Source: an uncultured Candidatus Saccharibacteria bacterium (GTDB lineage: Bacteria; Patescibacteriota; Minisyncoccia; Phycocordibacterales; UBA2100). From it: 58,285 nt of DNA. A program made the position numbers and the translations under genes. The notes below the pieces were generated by a model. It did not search any database. It was not told where the DNA came from and worked only from the letters and a program-made list of their open reading frames with translations. Positions within the stretch are counted from its first letter, which is position 1. Every line of letters starts with the position of its first letter. Below are positions 55,278-58,285 of this stretch, piece by piece. The stretch spans positions 1 to 58,285 of the forward strand of contig CAYWZA010000004.1 of the NCBI GenBank assembly GCA_964462785.1, given 5' to 3'.

Positions 55278-58200
55278 TCACGGTGTGGCGGGTGGGGTGG
55301 AGGTACTGCTGCTTCCGTCCGCAGGCGGCGTTTCAGCAGGAGGCGGCTCGGTAGCGAAGGACGAGGTGGAGGTTGCGTTGTCGCCGGTTGCAGGTGTTGA
55401 GGTTGCGGCGTCAGCAGGAGCTGGATTTGGATCGATTACACTCACCATACGCTCCGCTTCCCCTACGTTCCCCGCCTGATCTGTCGCTCTATATATAATA
55501 GAGTGCGCACCAGCGACGCTCGTGTCTATATATAGAGAGCCGATCTCCACTTCCGCTCCCCCATCCACCGATGCCTTGATGCCGAGGTTTTGATCCACAT
55601 TGTCTGTCACCGTCGCACCCAGATCGACATAGCTCGAGCCCATAGGCACTTCGGCCGGGTTATTGCCTTGCACTGTTATTGCCGGCGGCTCGGTGTCGCC
55701 CGTTGGTGGTGTCGTGCTTGCAGTAAGTACATCGCTCGGCGTTGTTGTTGCCTCGGTCGTTCCGGTATCTCCTGATGAGCTTGTTGATGCTGCGGCGCCA
55801 GCCGTTTGACCATTGAGAAGCTTTTGCAATTCATCCCTCGTGAGGCAGATGTCTTCGAGGCAGAGCTTTTTCGCGTTTACGGTATCAACAAAGATATTTT
55901 CTGCATGAATGGTGTGCGCAAAGAATTCTTGGATGCCGTTATTTGTATCGCCGAGCCATGCGAGGAGGCTGTCAAAGATGCCGCGCATAAAGCCGGAGGC
56001 GTTGGTGTATACGATGCTCATTGGGGTTGAAGTCGCATCGGTTGATGTTGCCGTGGAGAGCGTTGACGTTGCGGTGAGTTCTGGCAAGTAGCTCATGGGC
56101 TGGACGAACATAAGAATCGCACTCGTAGATGATGCAAAATTTGGATCGCCATTTCCGGAAAACGTCTCAAGCGCGCGGCCGATTGCTGTGCCCGGCTGCG
56201 TCGCCTTCATAGCAACACCAGGGATGGATGAGGGGACAAGATAATCACCGACCGCAATAGCACCGCCTTCGCCGGTCACTTTCACTGGCACGCGTCCGGC
56301 GAGCGCGATCGGGCGCTCATCTGCGCTTGATGCCCACTCGGAGAGCACGAGGCCCGGCTGCGTCGAGACGACGCCGATGACTCCTTCATCATAGAGGCCC
56401 GTTGTCTTTTCGACGGTCGTACCCTCTTTGATGCGCACCATGTCCCCCGACTCGATCGTCGCATCCTCCACCGCATACATTTCCGCCAAGTCGAATCCGG
56501 CAATGTTGAATTGCTTGCCCCAGAATTTGCCGGCGTACACATTTCCAAAGAATAAAGATGACGACCCGATGTCCGAGCCAGTGCCCGTTAGATAGGTGGC
56601 ACCCGCGCCGCAGTGGAAATCAACACAGAATGTAATTTCGAGGTCATCAGGAGATGCATCGTACATGGCAACGACATTTCTGCCATAACCATCCATCGCA
56701 ACGGAAAGAGAGGAGCCACTAGTTACCCCTTGTGTACTATCGACGAACTCTCGTTCATATGCATTACAGCCTGGATTGAAACACTTAACGACAGTGAAAC
56801 CGTCATTAGGATAATCTTCTTCATCCGCCGTAGACGATTTGGATATTGCTTGAAAGATAAATATAGTTGGCGTGTCGCCTGACATGGCAATATCAATGTC
56901 GCCAGCAATATTTTGCGTACCGTTTGAAGCATATATGGTTTCGGTTCCAACTGAAGAGCAGTTCGAAGTCAGGCATATATTCCATGCGGTCTGTCCGGCG
57001 TTGTTTACGAGTGTGTCCATGGATATTTTGGCAACAATTGGTAGGTTGCCGCTTCCAACAGCGAGAGCAATATTGCTCTCCGTGCACGTTGATGTGCAGT
57101 TAGTGACAATCGTGATAGGTGTCCCAACGGTCGAGCAGTCTGAAGCAGTGCATTTCACAACGCGCGCTGCGTCTGAGGTATTTGCATATGCAACAACCGG
57201 CAAGCCATCGGGAGCTATCTTAATCTTTGCAAATTTACCCACCGTACCGGTACTTTCAACGGTAGCTAAGGTATTTCCGCTCGAACAGCTGACGTTTCCG
57301 CAATGCGCAACTTCTGCGTCTCCGTTAGTATTATCTTGGTACGCAATAATGGGCAGACCGTCATTTCCGATGGCTACAGAAGGATAGAGTCCGGTAATAC
57401 CTGCTGAATCGATAGTTGTTGACGCGCTGAATGAAGTACATGACGTGTTTGCACATTTTCCTACAAGCAAGTCATCGAACGCACCATTTTTATAGTAGGC
57501 GACAACGGGGAGGCCGTCGCTCGGTACGGCAATACTTGAATACTCGCCAACCACGTCATCATTATTTACAGTCGATATGGTGGCGTTGCCGACTGAACAG
57601 TCAATATCGCCACACTTGAGGACTTTCAGAGCGGTATTGGTTGTATCGTAGTACGACATGATGGCGTAGCCATCTAATCCAATGGCGACTGATACTTCAT
57701 CACCGACGATGCCGGTGGAATCGAGCGCTGCGAATTGCGTTAATGACGTCGTCCCGGTACCAGCTGCTGCGGTCGGCAACACATCACCCGTGAGCGCGAT
57801 GCTGCCCGATACTGAAAGTTTCTGGTATGGCGACGTCGTCCCGATGCCGACGTTGCCGCTATTGGTGATGGTAAATGCGGGAGGTGTCGACGTCGCATAC
57901 GCATCCGTGGTCGTACCTATATATAGATTGCCTCCCTGCGATGAGAACAACCAGTGCTTCAAGTTTGCCCCCGTACCGCTGTCGGAGAGGACAAGATTCT
58001 TGCCGGTGGTGGTGGCGATTTGGAGAGTGGCGAAAGGTGAGGTGGTGCCGAGACCGAGAGAGCCTGTTGAACTGTTCCAGAAGAACGGTGATTTCCCTGC
58101 TGCGCCGAAGAGTACCGATGATGACGCGAAGAGTGAGTATTGGTTACCCTGGAGCCAGAGTGGAGTGGTGGTTGCTGAGGTAGTGGTGCCGTAGGTGGTG

Positions 58201-58285
58201 GCGGTAGTGAAGGGAAATGATGCCCCGGAGCCCGTCGCATCCGTACCACAGATAATATTTCCATTTGCATCAGTCTCGAGCGCTT
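55278..58285 (-). CDS. giant surface protein (5'-partial, continues beyond the window)
   Basis: My hand translation shows the frame stays open to the window edge, and the track's start at 57962 is an internal TTG. It has GNLYIGTT/GNVGIGTTSP fibre-like motifs, a Cys-rich repeat region, and a C-terminal Ig-like domain (ITVQGNNPAEVPMGSSYVDLGATVTD). Confidence 0.7.
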   Translation of the reverse strand, partial: ALETDANGNIICGTDATGSGASFPFTTATTYGTTTSATTTPLWLQGNQYSLFASSSVLFGAAGKSPFFWNSSTGSLGLGTTSPFATLQIATTTGKNLVLSDSGTGANLKHWLFSSQGGNLYIGTTTDAYATSTPPAFTITNSGNVGIGTTSPYQKLSVSGSIALTGDVLPTAAAGTGTTSLTQFAALDSTGIVGDEVSVAIGLDGYAIMSYYDTTNTALKVLKCGDIDCSVGNATISTVNNDDVVGEYSSIAVPSDGLPVVAYYKNGAFDDLLVGKCANTSCTSFSASTTIDSAGITGLYPSVAIGNDGLPIIAYQDNTNGDAEVAHCGNVSCSSGNTLATVESTGTVGKFAKIKIAPDGLPVVAYANTSDAARVVKCTASDCSTVGTPITIVTNCTSTCTESNIALAVGSGNLPIVAKISMDTLVNNAGQTAWNICLTSNCSSVGTETIYASNGTQNIAGDIDIAMSGDTPTIFIFQAISKSSTADEEDYPNDGFTVVKCFNPGCNAYEREFVDSTQGVTSGSSLSVAMDGYGRNVVAMYDASPDDLEITFCVDFHCGAGATYLTGTGSDIGSSSLFFGNVYAGKFWGKQFNIAGFDLAEMYAVEDATIESGDMVRIKEGTTVEKTTGLYDEGVIGVVSTQPGLVLSEWASSADERPIALAGRVPVKVTGEGGAIAVGDYLVPSSIPGVAMKATQPGTAIGRALETFSGNGDPNFASSTSAILMFVQPMSYLPELTATSTLSTATSTDATSTPMSIVYTNASGFMRGIFDSLLAWLGDTNNGIQEFFAHTIHAENIFVDTVNAKKLCLEDICLTRDELQKLLNGQTAGAAASTSSSGDTGTTEATTTPSDVLTASTTPPTGDTEPPAITVQGNNPAEVPMGSSYVDLGATVTDNVDQNLGIKASVDGGAEVEIGSLYIDTSVAGAHSIIYRATDQAGNVGEAERMVSVIDPNPAPADAATSTPATGDNATSTSSFATEPPPAETPPADGSSSTSTPPATP

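Overview
This 58.3-kb chromosomal window appears to come from a small-genome, uncultivated-type bacterium. The gene content is reminiscent of Patescibacteria/CPR, but that is an inference I cannot verify here. All family calls rest on motifs read by eye, with no searches run.

The standard genetic code fits, because TGA terminates conserved ORFs. I saw no rRNA gene and no CRISPR array.

Housekeeping genes present:
- rpoB-rpoC, hisS, class II ribonucleotide reductase (nrdJ), trmD and a KH-domain protein
- ung, uppP, msrB, a cold-shock protein and a HIT protein
- htpX plus LemA, an ABC-2 exporter pair, and an ECF sigma/anti-sigma pair
- one tRNA-Ser(GGA)

Accessory and unusual content:
1. A ~10.4-kb element (39625-49993) sits at the 3' end of tRNA-Ser(GGA). 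It carries a 10-gene copper/heavy-metal operon (copA, a copZ-like gene, cupredoxins, a DsbA paralog) and a large serine recombinase. It is organised by two pairs of perfect inverted repeats (253 bp and 134 bp) that all meet at a shared CCGCAGA core.
2. A self-contained three-gene operon encodes a MotA/ExbB-like channel, an ExbD/MotB-like Asp-bearing anchor with an unrecognised ectodomain, and a 2-TM protein. No TonB, Tol, flagellar or gliding genes are nearby. Two protease genes follow it.
3. A small islet upstream of rpoB holds a Nudix-like gene, a 68-aa acidic protein, and a Zn-ribbon plus metallophosphoesterase-like protein.
4. Several very large secreted or surface proteins are present.
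5. Non-coding candidates include a structured-RNA motif in two copies with compensatory stem changes, and two consensus-promoter-to-terminator units without ORFs.
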